This document shows, piece by piece, positions 1 through 10,977 of a stretch of 64,000 nucleotides of DNA (its first letter is position 1; every line of letters starts with the position of its first letter). The notes beneath the pieces are model-generated. The model had not been told where the DNA came from. It saw only the letters and a list, made by a program, of their open reading frames with translations, and searched no databases. This DNA comes from Macrostomum lignano. Taxonomy: Eukaryota. Location of the stretch: NCBI GenBank assembly GCA_002269645.1, contig NIVC01000312.1, positions 186,001 to 250,000 on the forward strand. The letters are read 5' to 3'. A program made the translations under genes and the position numbers.

Positions 1-649
1 CGCAAGGCTTGAAAATTAAATAGCCAGCTGAAAATTAACTATGAGTGTGTGCCTGCGTACAGTATTATTTCACGTTTGTATGGCTCTCATCTCCGGGAAG
101 CAGCATGGCTAACTAATATTGTTTTACTGTACACATGTACATTTCGTTTCGTAATGGCCACGTATATGATCAGGATTTGGTATTAAAGGCTTAAAATTGT
201 CCTTGCCGATTCAGACTACAGTACTTTTATTATCGTATTTAGTTAGCAATGTAAACACAGAAGAGTGTAATCTAATGCTTTTCCGTCAGAATTATGCGCA
301 GTGCTTCTCAAATCGTCTAAGTGTGCCTCGTGCAGTGCTCAAGGCATTAACTGTATATTATATAGCGGTGCAAGCGTGCCAACGCAGAGGCTCACATTCT
401 TGCCACTAGCTGAGCTAGGAAAAAGAGAGTACATTAATGTTAAGAAGCAGGGGTAGATTGTGCATTTGAGCAAAAAAGCCATTTGGTTTCCAGTACTCAT
501 AGCTATAATATACCTGTCACCTTTTGCTGCAGTTGCTAAGGTGAAAAGACAGCCATAGACAGACAGACTGAGAAGCAGCACAAAAGAAAGAGAATTCAGG
601 CCGAAAGGAGCAGATAAAGCAAGAGCTGGTTATTTCGCAGCAGCCCACT

Positions 650-1450
650 ATGCTACATCATCAGCGCCGGCAGTCACCACCTTCGTCAGCCGCAGCTGAT
701 GACGAGCCGAAGCCGGCGCCAGTAGCCGCCGAGCCCGAGCCGGTGGACATATTTCTAACCCACGTGCCGGCCAATCTGCGAGCCAAATTCGGCAAGGCGC
801 ACTGCCGAGCTCTGCTTGCCGATCAAGACGAAGTGCAGCAAGCCTGGAATCGCCTACTAGCCGATGGTTCGCCATTAGCATCAACTCGAAGTCCACCGCA
901 GCGATTGCCGCCACTACACGATGACAGGCGGCAGAAGCAATTCCAGCAGGAACAGCAACAAAAACAGTCCATAGACTGGTACTCCGCGCTCAGCGAGCAG
1001 TTCAACTCGGACTACTCACCGGGAGTGACAAACACCAGGCGGCTCGGTCACAACCGAGAGACTCACGGCGGTGCAGTGTTCGGTCCAGAGGCCGGTGCCT
1101 ACAACGAAGACAACTGGAGACGGCCGCACCGGCTGCGCAAGGACGAATTCTCTGCCTACAACGAGATCGTTCATGTTGAGCGAAAGTTCAACAACCAGTG
1201 GCAGACTGAGCAGCAGGCGGCGGCGGCGGCGCCAACGATGAAACCGGTGCAGCGTCAGCCGCCACCACATCCACCGTCCGTCGTCAAGTCACAGCAGCAG
1301 CAGCAACAACCGCTTCAACCTTCGGCTTCAATTCTTTCGAATAACAGCAGCGACAAGGCACACGTAGCCAAACACGTGACCATTGAGGACCAAGCTGGAC
1401 CGGGAGACAAGCTTCAAAGGGCAAACACTGTGCAGCGGAGTGAACAATGA
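650..1450 (+). CDS. Hypothetical Gln/Pro-rich protein (266 aa), apparently single exon
   Basis: ATG-initiated ORF with GC-rich exon-like composition and poly-Q/poly-A tracts, followed by AT-rich sequence; no recognisable domain. Confidence 0.5.
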   Translation: MLHHQRRQSPPSSAAADDEPKPAPVAAEPEPVDIFLTHVPANLRAKFGKAHCRALLADQDEVQQAWNRLLADGSPLASTRSPPQRLPPLHDDRRQKQFQQEQQQKQSIDWYSALSEQFNSDYSPGVTNTRRLGHNRETHGGAVFGPEAGAYNEDNWRRPHRLRKDEFSAYNEIVHVERKFNNQWQTEQQAAAAAPTMKPVQRQPPPHPPSVVKSQQQQQQPLQPSASILSNNSSDKAHVAKHVTIEDQAGPGDKLQRANTVQRSEQ

Positions 1451-1840
1451 AATTCGAGTTATCTTGGCCATTAGTTATAAAGAATTTGGAAAAACTTAAT
1501 AGAAACACGAATATGTTGTACATGACCGAAAATCGAAATAAAACCTTTTCACGCTAGCTCGTTAACTTTACTAAAGTTTATTTTTAACCATCAAAGACCA
1601 ACATTTTCGTAAGCCAAATGACAGCATATGGTTTGATCTCAAAATTCCGAAAACGTTATTAATACGCATGCATCTGATTCTACTATAAATGTATCAACAG
1701 TGTAATTAGTTGGTGTAGCTATCGCTATATACGGTGTAGCTCAACTCTAAGGACACCCTTGGTGGCAAGCTAACTGTTGAAGATTGGGCGTCAACCAACA
1801 ACAAAAAAGTAGTATCGTACAATATTAATGATAAAAATTG

Positions 1841-2125
1841 ATTACACCTGCATTCCTAATGGGCAGATGTGCAACCGACAGCTCAGTCGCAGCTATTGGG
1901 CGGCGCATCTGAAGGCTGCATACGGCTGTTCAGTCCAAGGACTGGGGGGTCGCCACACACACCCTCAATTACCCCAGCTAATGCTGGTACCCATTTTACA
2001 GCTGGGTGAACTGAAGCAATGCGGAGTTAAGTGTCTTGCTCAAGAACACAATTTGTTCCGGTGGATTACTAGGGATTCGAACCCCCGACCTTCAAGTTGT
2101 GAGTCCGGCGCTCTAACCAGTAGGT
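1841..2125 (-). mobile_element. tRNA-derived CORE-type SINE
   Basis: Minus strand has box A-like TGGTTAGAGC and box B GGTTCGAATCCC, then TTCTTGAGCAAGACACTTAAC...TCAGTTCACCCAGCTGTAAAATGGG, which resembles the MIR CORE domain (CTTGGGCAAGTCACTTAAC...CTCAGTTT...CTGTAAAATGGG). Confidence 0.7.
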
Positions 2126-2388
2126 TAAAACCTATAATAAAATTATAATAAACACAATACAAAAGTATAATAAAATTATTTTGTTACAATCGACACCATT
2201 CATTAATCTTGTCAATTAAACCAACGAACAAATAAAGCAGCCATTCTCACCAGCTCACTACTACAGGCAAAGCAAGCAGATACAATACACAAAATAGAAA
2301 AATACAATAAATTGAATTATTTCAAACGAATACAGGCGTCAATCCAATTACACGTATAGATAAAGCAAATAAATATACTACTTATATG

Positions 2389-3069
2389 CAGTGGCGTAGG
2401 CAGAGGGAGGCCAGTTGGGGGCCGCAGCCCCCCCCCCCCAATGGTCCCGACAAAACTTTCGCTGCTCTCCCAAAAAACTAAATCAAAGAGGTTACGAAAA
2501 CCTCGACAAATAATAGGAGCTCAATTTTCAGCACGTCTGTGACGAAAAGACGTGGCATCCAAAAATATAGGAGACAGGAGTAAGGCCGAGTAAGCTTAAG
2601 AGACAGCTAGGAGCTTCTAACAAGAGACGGAAGCGCCGGCCCTTACTCGTGTACAAGAAACAGGCGCCCACCAAGAGACAGGGGCGCCCACCAAGAGACA
2701 GGGGCGCCCATCAAGAGACAGGGGCGCCTACCAAGAGACAGGGGCGCCCACCAAGAAACAGGGGTGTCCACCAAGAGAAAATAGCGCCCACCAAGAGATA
2801 AGGGCGCCCACCAACAGACAGGGGCGCCCACCAAGAAACAGGGGTGCCCACCAAGAGACAATAGCGCCCACCAAGAGATAAGGGCGCCCACCAACAGACA
2901 GGGGCACCCACCAAGAGACAGGGGCGCCCACCAACAGACAGGGGCGCCCACCAAGAAACAGGGGTGCCCACCAAGAGACAAGGGCGCCCACCAACAGATA
3001 GGAGATAGGGGCGCCCATCAAGAGATAGGGGCGCCCACCAAGAAACAGGGGCGCCCACCAAAAGATAGG
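2389..3069 (+). mobile_element. Non-autonomous element, copy A: CAGTGGCGT end plus internal 20-bp minisatellite (GGGGCGCCCACCAAGAGACA, ~2655-3069)
   Basis: The same terminus, the AAAAACTAAA and GGAGCTCA motifs and the same 20-mer array recur at 25484-25883 (inverted) and 28644-30190. Confidence 0.6.
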
Positions 3070-3200
3070 GAAGAAATTAGCATTTCTTCAGGCGAAATCG
3101 AATAGCTTGCTTGTTGGAATAAAATCACGTACACTGTTAATATTGATTGTTCAAAACGGCTTGCAAAAATAAGGACCAAAGTTAACGAGTTGATGACACG

Positions 3201-6200
3201 TCATTTGATGAATTTTTTGTCGGTGAAAATCCGGTACATCGGCATAATCTGATCAGGATTGGAAATTATCAGCATCCGACAGTGCTGGTAGTCTTGGAAA
3301 GTAGACGCGGACTGCTTAACTCTGATGGTATCGTAGCTGCCGGAGCTACACCGTTTGTCATAATCCACTTCTTTTCCCAGCAGCAGTTTGCACAATAGCA
3401 GCGCGTTTCCGTACTGCTGCGACTCTTCCGTGAACTCAGAAAAGTAGATGCCGGGACCGAAAGCCTCTCGAACACATTTATCTCTTCGGAAGTTCTCCCG
3501 GAAGATGGCCTCTGCGTTTTCCCGGCTCGTCCCGTGAAATGCGAACACGTATCTGCTAGACTCGTTGTCTCCGTACTTTGACACGAATTCATTTTGCTTG
3601 GCCTCAAACTTTTCCTCCAGGCTGGGGTTCCGATTCACCCACACCTCAGTGATCTTGCCGAAGCGCTGAATGTTGCCATCAACTCGGTTATACTCGGCCT
3701 GAACAATTGAAAATTGTATACTCTCTGGACTGTCCCTCTTATACCGACTCGGCGATATCTTCACAACGCCAGAATTTGAAAGTAACTGCGTGTGTTCGAT
3801 CCTCGGCAAAGTATTCAGGTCGTCGTAGTGGACGATGTATTTTGGCAGCGCTTGTCGGACATCAAACACAACATACTCGTCGAACATTACACCTTTGTTA
3901 GCCTTGCTTCCGCGAGGTGCAAATAGCGAGTCAAATCCCTCTATCTTTAGTTGGTGATGCGATGTGTACTTGTGCGTGGCTTCGATCACAGTCTTTGGTT
4001 TGCCAATGATCACTGAGCACAACAGCAGCATGTTTGAGCCCCTGGTATAAATTTTTTGACTACTCTTCGAAGAATCAGTGGCAAAGTAGATTCCCGCGCC
4101 GTACATTCCTGGCTTTTGAGGAAGTCTGAAACCATCGTTGATAATGCTCTGGAGAGCGTCAACTGTAGTGCCGTGGAACTTTTGCTCAACTCTGGATGGG
4201 TCTACCGCCTCTAACTGGAATTGCAAATGACTTTTAAGCAAGAAAAGGTTAGAAACCTTTTCAATTCGAGTCACCTTTGCCCTCCAACCATGCTCAACCT
4301 GCACGAATTTTATCACTCTGTCAAGAACGTCCAAGTACTCTGACTCGTCAGTAGTTGGATCTAAAGGTGTTCGAGTCACAGTTCGGATGTTCTGAGAATC
4401 CAGCTTTTGTAGCTCACTTCTTGCAGTTTCTTTGATCAATTCCCGCGTCTTCAATTTTTCAGACTTATCTTTCTCTTCTTTCACAAACTTGCACACTTGG
4501 CACTTCTCTGGACTGCACGGCTCCCAGCACAGACGCTGGCATTTGTGTCCGCAACCCTCGAGCTGTTTTTCACAAGAATGCGTGCACTGAACAGTCTCCT
4601 CTAACTGATGACATTCCCGCTCCATTTCGTGTCCGCAATGCTTCACTTTAAATTTTACTTTCACGAAACATTCTACGGTGCTGCAGTCAACGTCGCAAGT
4701 AGCTGTACAGCTGTGACCGCACGCTGGCAGTTTGCGTTGGCAAGTTGATTTGCACGGAGAAATCGAAAGCGGTTGACCATCCGTGCCCTTAATCTCGTAG
4801 CAAGGGTGGCGGACTTTGTGGCCACAATCCGGGTAGGTATAGGTGACCAGGGCCTTGCATTGCTTCCACCAGGAGTTGCTACCACACTCACCTGTACGAG
4901 GGTGACCGCATGGAAGGAAACGGGTACAAATTACTTGGCAGGTCATCGAGTTTCTGTCCTCATTACACTTGGTGTTAATTGTGTGACCGCAAGGAAATGT
5001 CAGGGAAACAGTTTTCGTGCACGTGAATAATGAACACGCCTTGTGACACTTCAGTGGACACGGCCCATGGCCGCAGGGAAGAGGCTTTTCGCAAGGCGCG
5101 TAGCACTTATAAAAGCTGACAGGTTTGCTGCATTCTTTCTCTATGGAGTGTCCACAATCAGGAAACGTGTATGGTACTAACTTATGGCATTTTGAATCCG
5201 CAATGCTCTGGTGACAGAACCTTTTCCCTTCATGACAACATTCAGGGTACTTGAAAGTTACAGTCTCTTTGCACTTTAAATGGTCATTTTCATGCTTCGG
5301 CTGACAGGGTTTTAGGCACTTGTGAACTCCACAAGGCATAGCTTCCGCACAGATATGCTCGCAGAAGGGTGATTGCAAAGGTACTTCGTCCGTGTTTGAA
5401 GCCAAAACTATTGTCTTTGAATGCTTTGGACACCTCAGAGAAATCACAGGACCCAAGCAGTTCCGCATACGCATGTCATCGATCAGAGGTCTCCACACAG
5501 TTCCGCTTCTGCTTGCATAGATGCAGTCAGCGTTGCCCACGAACACCATCGCGAGTCGAGCTCTCGACTGTGCAACACACCGTCTGTTTAGCGTCTTGAG
5601 AAAACCGATGTTATCACTGGTATTTGATCGAACTAGGGAGACAATCACGACGTCATTTTCATCACCTTGATACAAATCGATCGTGTGCACATTTACCTGC
5701 ATTGTATCTTCTGACTGCAGTTCATGATGCTCTGTCTCTGCATGCATTGGTTTCTGCGACATAAATCCAGATGCCTGTAGAGCCTGCTTCATCAAGCGTC
5801 TAACCAGGCTCGTTTGGCGTCTGTACGCGCAAAGAATCGTAATTTTGTCAGGAGAGCATCCCTGATCCACGAGAAACATCGCTAGTCGAACACACCTATT
5901 AGCTTCTTCTATGTTTGTCGCACCATGTTTTTCTGGCTCCTGGGTCTCCAGCTCGGTGTGCGTCCAGAAAAACATAGACTGGACAAAACACGGAGGTCTT
6001 AATTCGCGATTAACTACACTATGATTGTCTCGCAGATTGGGATAAATGTCCCTCAATAAGAAACTAAACTCGGGTCTCATCCGATTCTGCAGTTCGAGCT
6101 GGTCGAACTTGATGCCGTTATTAATGAGCCGCTCCATCATTGACAGGTCCAAGTGGTAGTCCCTGGCCAACCTGTGACTTTCAGTCTGCGGCTTCAACTG

Positions 6201-6356
6201 TTTGTGGTCACCGATAAGAATCAGATGCTCTGTGTGAGGTCCGAGACAGGCCAGCAGCTGCGGCTCGCTCACCTCGGCCGCCTCCTCCAAGATCACCACA
6301 GCGGGCTTGAGGGCATCTAGCAGCTCCTTATTGATCGAAGCTCCAGTTATCGTCAT
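3201..6356 (-). CDS. ZNFX1: ZNFX1-like protein, C-terminal part: helicase motifs II-VI, NFX1-type zinc-finger array, two tandem PARP catalytic domains
   Basis: EEAAEV, LIGDHKQL, QNRMRP, TIDLYQGDENDVVIVSLVRSN; repeated C-x-PCGH-x-C units (~5365-4490); PARP1 FHGT...GMYGAGIYFATDSSKS...DEYVV; PARP2 FHGT...GPGIYFS...LLLCKLLLG. Confidence 0.88.
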   Translation of the reverse strand: MTITGASINKELLDALKPAVVILEEAAEVSEPQLLACLGPHTEHLILIGDHKQLKPQTESHRLARDYHLDLSMMERLINNGIKFDQLELQNRMRPEFSFLLRDIYPNLRDNHSVVNRELRPPCFVQSMFFWTHTELETQEPEKHGATNIEEANRCVRLAMFLVDQGCSPDKITILCAYRRQTSLVRRLMKQALQASGFMSQKPMHAETEHHELQSEDTMQVNVHTIDLYQGDENDVVIVSLVRSNTSDNIGFLKTLNRRCVAQSRARLAMVFVGNADCIYASRSGTVWRPLIDDMRMRNCLGPVISLRCPKHSKTIVLASNTDEVPLQSPFCEHICAEAMPCGVHKCLKPCQPKHENDHLKCKETVTFKYPECCHEGKRFCHQSIADSKCHKLVPYTFPDCGHSIEKECSKPVSFYKCYAPCEKPLPCGHGPCPLKCHKACSLFTCTKTVSLTFPCGHTINTKCNEDRNSMTCQVICTRFLPCGHPRTGECGSNSWWKQCKALVTYTYPDCGHKVRHPCYEIKGTDGQPLSISPCKSTCQRKLPACGHSCTATCDVDCSTVECFVKVKFKVKHCGHEMERECHQLEETVQCTHSCEKQLEGCGHKCQRLCWEPCSPEKCQVCKFVKEEKDKSEKLKTRELIKETARSELQKLDSQNIRTVTRTPLDPTTDESEYLDVLDRVIKFVQVEHGWRAKVTRIEKVSNLFLLKSHLQFQLEAVDPSRVEQKFHGTTVDALQSIINDGFRLPQKPGMYGAGIYFATDSSKSSQKIYTRGSNMLLLCSVIIGKPKTVIEATHKYTSHHQLKIEGFDSLFAPRGSKANKGVMFDEYVVFDVRQALPKYIVHYDDLNTLPRIEHTQLLSNSGVVKISPSRYKRDSPESIQFSIVQAEYNRVDGNIQRFGKITEVWVNRNPSLEEKFEAKQNEFVSKYGDNESSRYVFAFHGTSRENAEAIFRENFRRDKCVREAFGPGIYFSEFTEESQQYGNALLLCKLLLGKEVDYDKRCSSGSYDTIRVKQSASTFQDYQHCRMLIISNPDQIMPMYRIFTDKKFIK

Positions 6357-8075
6357 TCAACGACGCGCATACGAGAGAGAACTTCAACATCAGCTTCAGT
6401 ATTTGTCTGCTCTAGATCGGCTTCCAGCTCCATGATTTTTTCGACAAGCATCTCAATCCGCTCTTTAGTTTCCTTGCAAATCTTGTTGAGGGCGAGCTGA
6501 TAAAAAAGCCACTGCTCCGTATGGCTCAGTTGTGTTGGAAGTTTTAAAAGCAGGCGCTGCATGAAGTCTTTTTGGCTGCACTCTTCAATGCTGCTGTCCA
6601 GGTACAGCTGTGACTGCCTAATCAGGTCCACATTGATTCGCATCTCGTTACCAGTGCTGGGGCCGTCGTCACGAGCACCCATCGCCAGCTGCTCCTCGCG
6701 TTCCCGGATTTCCTCACCGTCATCTTCTTCATCGTTCTCTTTGAGTTTCTGCCCGGTGGATTTGCTTTTTATTGCTTGCAGTTTAACTTTCAGATTCTGA
6801 GGTCTGTTCTCTTCTAATCCTTGCGGCAGGCTTGGCAAGCAAAATCCAACGCTTGCATTGAATGCACTATATGTTTCGGTTGTTTTATTAATTTCCACAA
6901 ATAATCTTTCCGGTGGAACCGATTTCAAAGATTCATGAGCGTCGTTCAATGCCGCATCTCTGACATGTCCAATTGGCCGTCGGCAATGTACAATACTGTA
7001 CAACTGTCTGTAGTCGCAGGCATTTATTATTGCTCCTGCAGGGGTCTCAAAAATTCTGTTCAGGAACTCCAGGCAGCTCTTTAACTCTTCCCAGTTTTCA
7101 CGTAGACGATCAAGCAATCTATTTACTGGTCGAAAAGCTTTTATTCTACTGCGCACTGCTCGTAAACCAATATTTTCTAGCCTCGTGTCTCGCGAACGAC
7201 CACCGACACGCACCATGCGGTGCTCGTATTCTGGGAGCAGTTTGATAAGAAACTCGTCTAGAGCGTGATTTTTGTAGCAGAGCACCAGTAGCGGCCTGCC
7301 TTTTAGAGTCTCCAACTGCAGCAACTGTTTTGCAATCAGAACGCCAAGCAGTGTCTTACCAGTGCCCGGCGGCCCTTGGCAGACGTAAACTCTCCTGTGA
7401 AGTGCGTTGGCAAAGGCTTCCGCCTGGCAATGGTCAAGATTAAGACCAGCAGGGAGTTTGATAGATGGCAGAGGCGTTTTCGGCTCCTCATTATTGTAAT
7501 ACCTGGTTACAAAATCAGGCTCTATGCAAGCGGAATCAACCTTGGCGGATGCCAAAACATCGGCAAACGGCACGCAGTCAGCTGAGAGGCTCTGCAGACT
7601 CGCCAAGACGGGTTGGAAGGCCCGGAACATTGATGGCGACTCCAGCATCAGCATGCCGGATGAAGCGGCCGTTGAATTCACCAGTATTGTGACCAGCGCC
7701 TCTCCAACTGACAACCCGGATCTCTCTGGCTTGCACGGTTGAATCCAGACCAGCCGCTCATTTTTGGTCAGTTCATCCTGTCGCTTTTCGACCACGGTGG
7801 CCCAGAAATATTGACTAAACTTTTCATCCAGCGACAGGCAGAGTAGGTTGCCCTGCATCAGACGAGATGACTTGGACCAGTTAGAAGGACCCTTGTCTTT
7901 AGCCGGCAAGTCAAAGGTGACAGCGATGCGAAGGGCAGCGCCTCTAGTGGCAACCTTCACGGCAGCCACCTTGACGTTGAGGTACAGCCGAAGGCCAGAG
8001 TCCTTGGACAGCTTGCCAGACTTTACCTGTTTCATGCACTCGTGAAACTTGTCGAAGCAGTCCGCTCGCAATAAA
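6353..8075 (-). CDS. ZNFX1: ZNFX1-like helicase N-terminal half (same exon as 3201-6356, separated by a 1-bp deletion)
   Basis: LMQGNLLCLSLD, Walker A QGPPGTGKT, LCYKNHALDEFL, VRVGGRS; acceptor ttcatttcag ending at 8076; adding one G restores RVVGMTITGA. Confidence 0.85.
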
Positions 8076-8292
8076 CTGAAATGAAGTGAGTTATTTTTAA
8101 ACTCTACGACTCTGACTGCCCTCTCATGCTTTGAATTGAGAGCCTAAATGAAGTGCGAATGAAGTACTGGCAATTATGGAATTTTGGGCGCCCCTATCAA
8201 AGTTTCCAATAGGCTTTTTACTGACTGCTGAGGGCCGATAAATACACAAACCGGCTCCAAAATCTACCACTAATAATCAGGTACCAGCTCAC

Positions 8293-8741
8293 CCGAGCAT
8301 GGTCTCAATGTACTCCTCGACGGTGCGGTAGGCTCCAATCTCCAGAGCTGGTTGCAGACCGGCCAGCCAGTTGGACGTTTTCATTTGAGTCCCGTCTACT
8401 GTGGATGAAACCAAGTTAGACTCCGCAGTGAGCTCTGCGTAGCTCGGCAGAATGCCTCCCCTGCCAGCGGTTTTTAAAGCAGCTTGTTGACGGCGCTGCA
8501 GTTCGACACTGACTGTCAGCATCTCTAGCAAAATCGAATGACACCGGCGTTGCTGATCCTCTTCAGCATCCTCTTCAACTGGATCGATTACGGTAGTCAG
8601 ACTCTGCGCCATTGGAAGTAACACGCGGTCAAGGACAGACGCGTCTTTGGCGCACGTCAGCCTGGCTAGCTCGCAAAAGAGCTTGTGAGCAGCACTCGCT
8701 GGAAGGATTAATCGAGTAGAGAGATAGTTGGTAATTTGAAG
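8293..8741 (-). CDS. ZNFX1: ZNFX1-like exon (LPSYAEL...YRTVEEYIETMLG)
   Basis: Donor GG|gtgagc at 8292 joins the 8075 exon in phase 2 to give EEYIETMLGLLRADC, matching the ZNFX1 motif Y.SVE.YLD..FRLLREDF; 5' boundary (tag|CTT at 8742) is tentative. Confidence 0.75.
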
Positions 8742-8839
8742 CTACTCACACAAAGCACCTTCTAACATTAAAACCCTGCTTCAGTTCTCTAATAGCTACT
8801 TTTTTCTCTATAACAAGACACTACAGTAAGAGTGCTTAC

Positions 8840-10464
8840 TTTATTGCTATAACTTTCTTGAACCCCTTCCTTACCGATCTGTTTTGTTTTTAAATCCATA
8901 GATTCGCCTGACGCGGACGCTTCTACGCAGGATATCGACTCAGACTTCTTAGTATGTTCTGATTCGGTAATAGCCATGCTCATGTCACTATTTTCAGGCT
9001 CTGTTTTATCCTGAACTGAACGTATCGGCTCTAAATGTTGTCCATTGCCCGTTGTTGCCATTTTTACTAATGGCATCATAAGCTGGCATAGTCGCTCTGG
9101 ATTCATCAGCCTTTCGAGGATCCAGTCGTACGCTGAGTCCCAGCTGCATCGATGGAATCGACGGCAGCGGCGCCGCAAAGCCAACAGAAATCGACCAGTA
9201 GCGGAGCTCAACACGTAGCTGAAGTCGACTGTCAGCAGTTGGCCCCATACGATCTCCAGATTGCCGATATCATTGACCTTCGCCTTCAAGCCCGAGCTTT
9301 CCAGATGGCAACGCGTTGCTTCAACGAATATCAGCCACTCTTCGGGGCTGCGCGGAGACAGCTGAAATAGTTGGACGCTTTCGATTGCGCTATCTTCATC
9401 ACTATCTGTTTCGTCGTCAGAATCGTTATTTTTTCTTCTAGTTTTTTTAAATGTAACTTTTAGAACGTCCTTAACTTTCGGTTCAAGAAAGCCGTAGCCC
9501 ACATTGAGATGGGATATGTGCTCTTCGCGACTGATTGGAACAACATAACGTTCGTTTGGCTTCTCGTCAATAATAAGAGCGCCGAAACCTTCGGATGACC
9601 ATGCTATTATGTCGGCCATGACGCTGCTATTTTTTAATTTCGAACGCTGTCTATTAACGATGGCGGAATCAGAAGAGCATTGACCCTGCGATACCGAAGG
9701 CAAAGGTGAGTGCGAAGGCGATTTCGGTGGCAAACGTGTCTGGTCTTCCGATGGAGAGCTGTGACGGAGCCGCTTAGGACGCTTTCCTAAACGATCATGC
9801 GCTGTTCTCCGGTGTGGCTGCAGCTGGAAAAGCTCCGGTGGTGACGATGATCGCGAACGAGTACGTTTTCGGTTGTTCTGCAGCGGCAAGGGTGGCCTCC
9901 TTTCTGAGCTAAATAAACTTTCACCTTGGTCTTCCGGAATTGGCGGTGATTTTGACTGGCGGGTGAAGCATTCTGGTAATGGCCAATGTTGAAGAGGCTG
10001 CCCCAGACGTTTCGATAGTGAAAAGCGTAAAGGTGGCGAAGATATGGCAGAAGCGGCGATTTTTTGTTGTTCCAGACTCTGTGATATTGGTGGCGTCATC
10101 AAGCTTTTCGCATCGTGGTTATCTTCACTTATCTTAACTCTCCCGTCTTCCTCGAAGGGTTCTGTGCGGGTCTCTGGCATTTCAAAGTACTTGTCCTGCA
10201 ACTCAACGGCGTCGATTATCTCGCAGTAGTCTTCTGTCGAGAGGCTTTCGCAGTTGGAAACAGCGCCGATAGGCTTTCGAGTGGTGCTGCACGAACTAGC
10301 AGGTTGAAGTAACCGGCGACAATGCAGTAGCGAGAGCAAATCATTATTTGACTGTGAGGGCGCCAGTTCTCGAGCCATGGGCAGCAGTTTGCAGTTTAAG
10401 ACAGTTTCGTCTTTAGAGCAGATCAGCCTGGTCAACGGGCCGAGGATCTGCTGGTCGGCGTTCT
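8840..10464 (-). CDS. Probable upstream exon of the ZNFX1-like gene: Ser/Pro/Arg-rich linker plus copy 2 of a duplicated module
   Basis: Part of the 548-aa ORF; phase-0 donor AAA|gtaagc at 8839 fits the next exon; acceptor at 10465 (phase 1) or 10493 (phase 0), unresolved. Confidence 0.6.
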
Positions 10465-10977
10465 CTGGTTTGAATAAACGAGGATAATAGAACTGCAGAT
10501 TTCACAGATTAACATTATCACAGTCCCCCCATGGACTTAAAACGCATTGGCAGTCTAGGAAACCACGTGAAATCTTAAAAAATCAACAATTTGTCTTAGT
10601 TTGGCTTGCATTTTCCTCACTAGAGGCTTTAGTTTGCCAGAAGTTACCCTGCATCCGATTTGGGCAAAGGAAAAATACCCATGAACCCTTAGAATATCAC
10701 AATTACCCAATGAGAATGAAATTTGAGAAATCGCTATTGAACTTCGGCAATATTGAGAACCTACTTTGGGCCGTTGTGGCATTCCAGCAACACCTCAGCG
10801 ATCAAATTTTGACTCCTTAGCAACCTAATTTGAGTAGTGGTATCTTAGATAATACACTAAGACAGACGCTACAAGACAGGTGTTAACATAACAAGACTCA
10901 ATATCCACTTTCCATAACAGGCAGCTACCCTGTTGAAATTAGTCACAGATTATAGACATTGCAGCATACTCGCTTAC

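Noticed and set aside
2060-2125. Functional tRNA gene
   Set aside because: No acceptor stem or CCA context; it runs directly into a SINE core
6353-6356. Prokaryote-style translational coupling (ATGA overlap) of two genes
   Set aside because: The overlap falls inside a conserved helicase motif that one base repairs; one gene is the simpler reading
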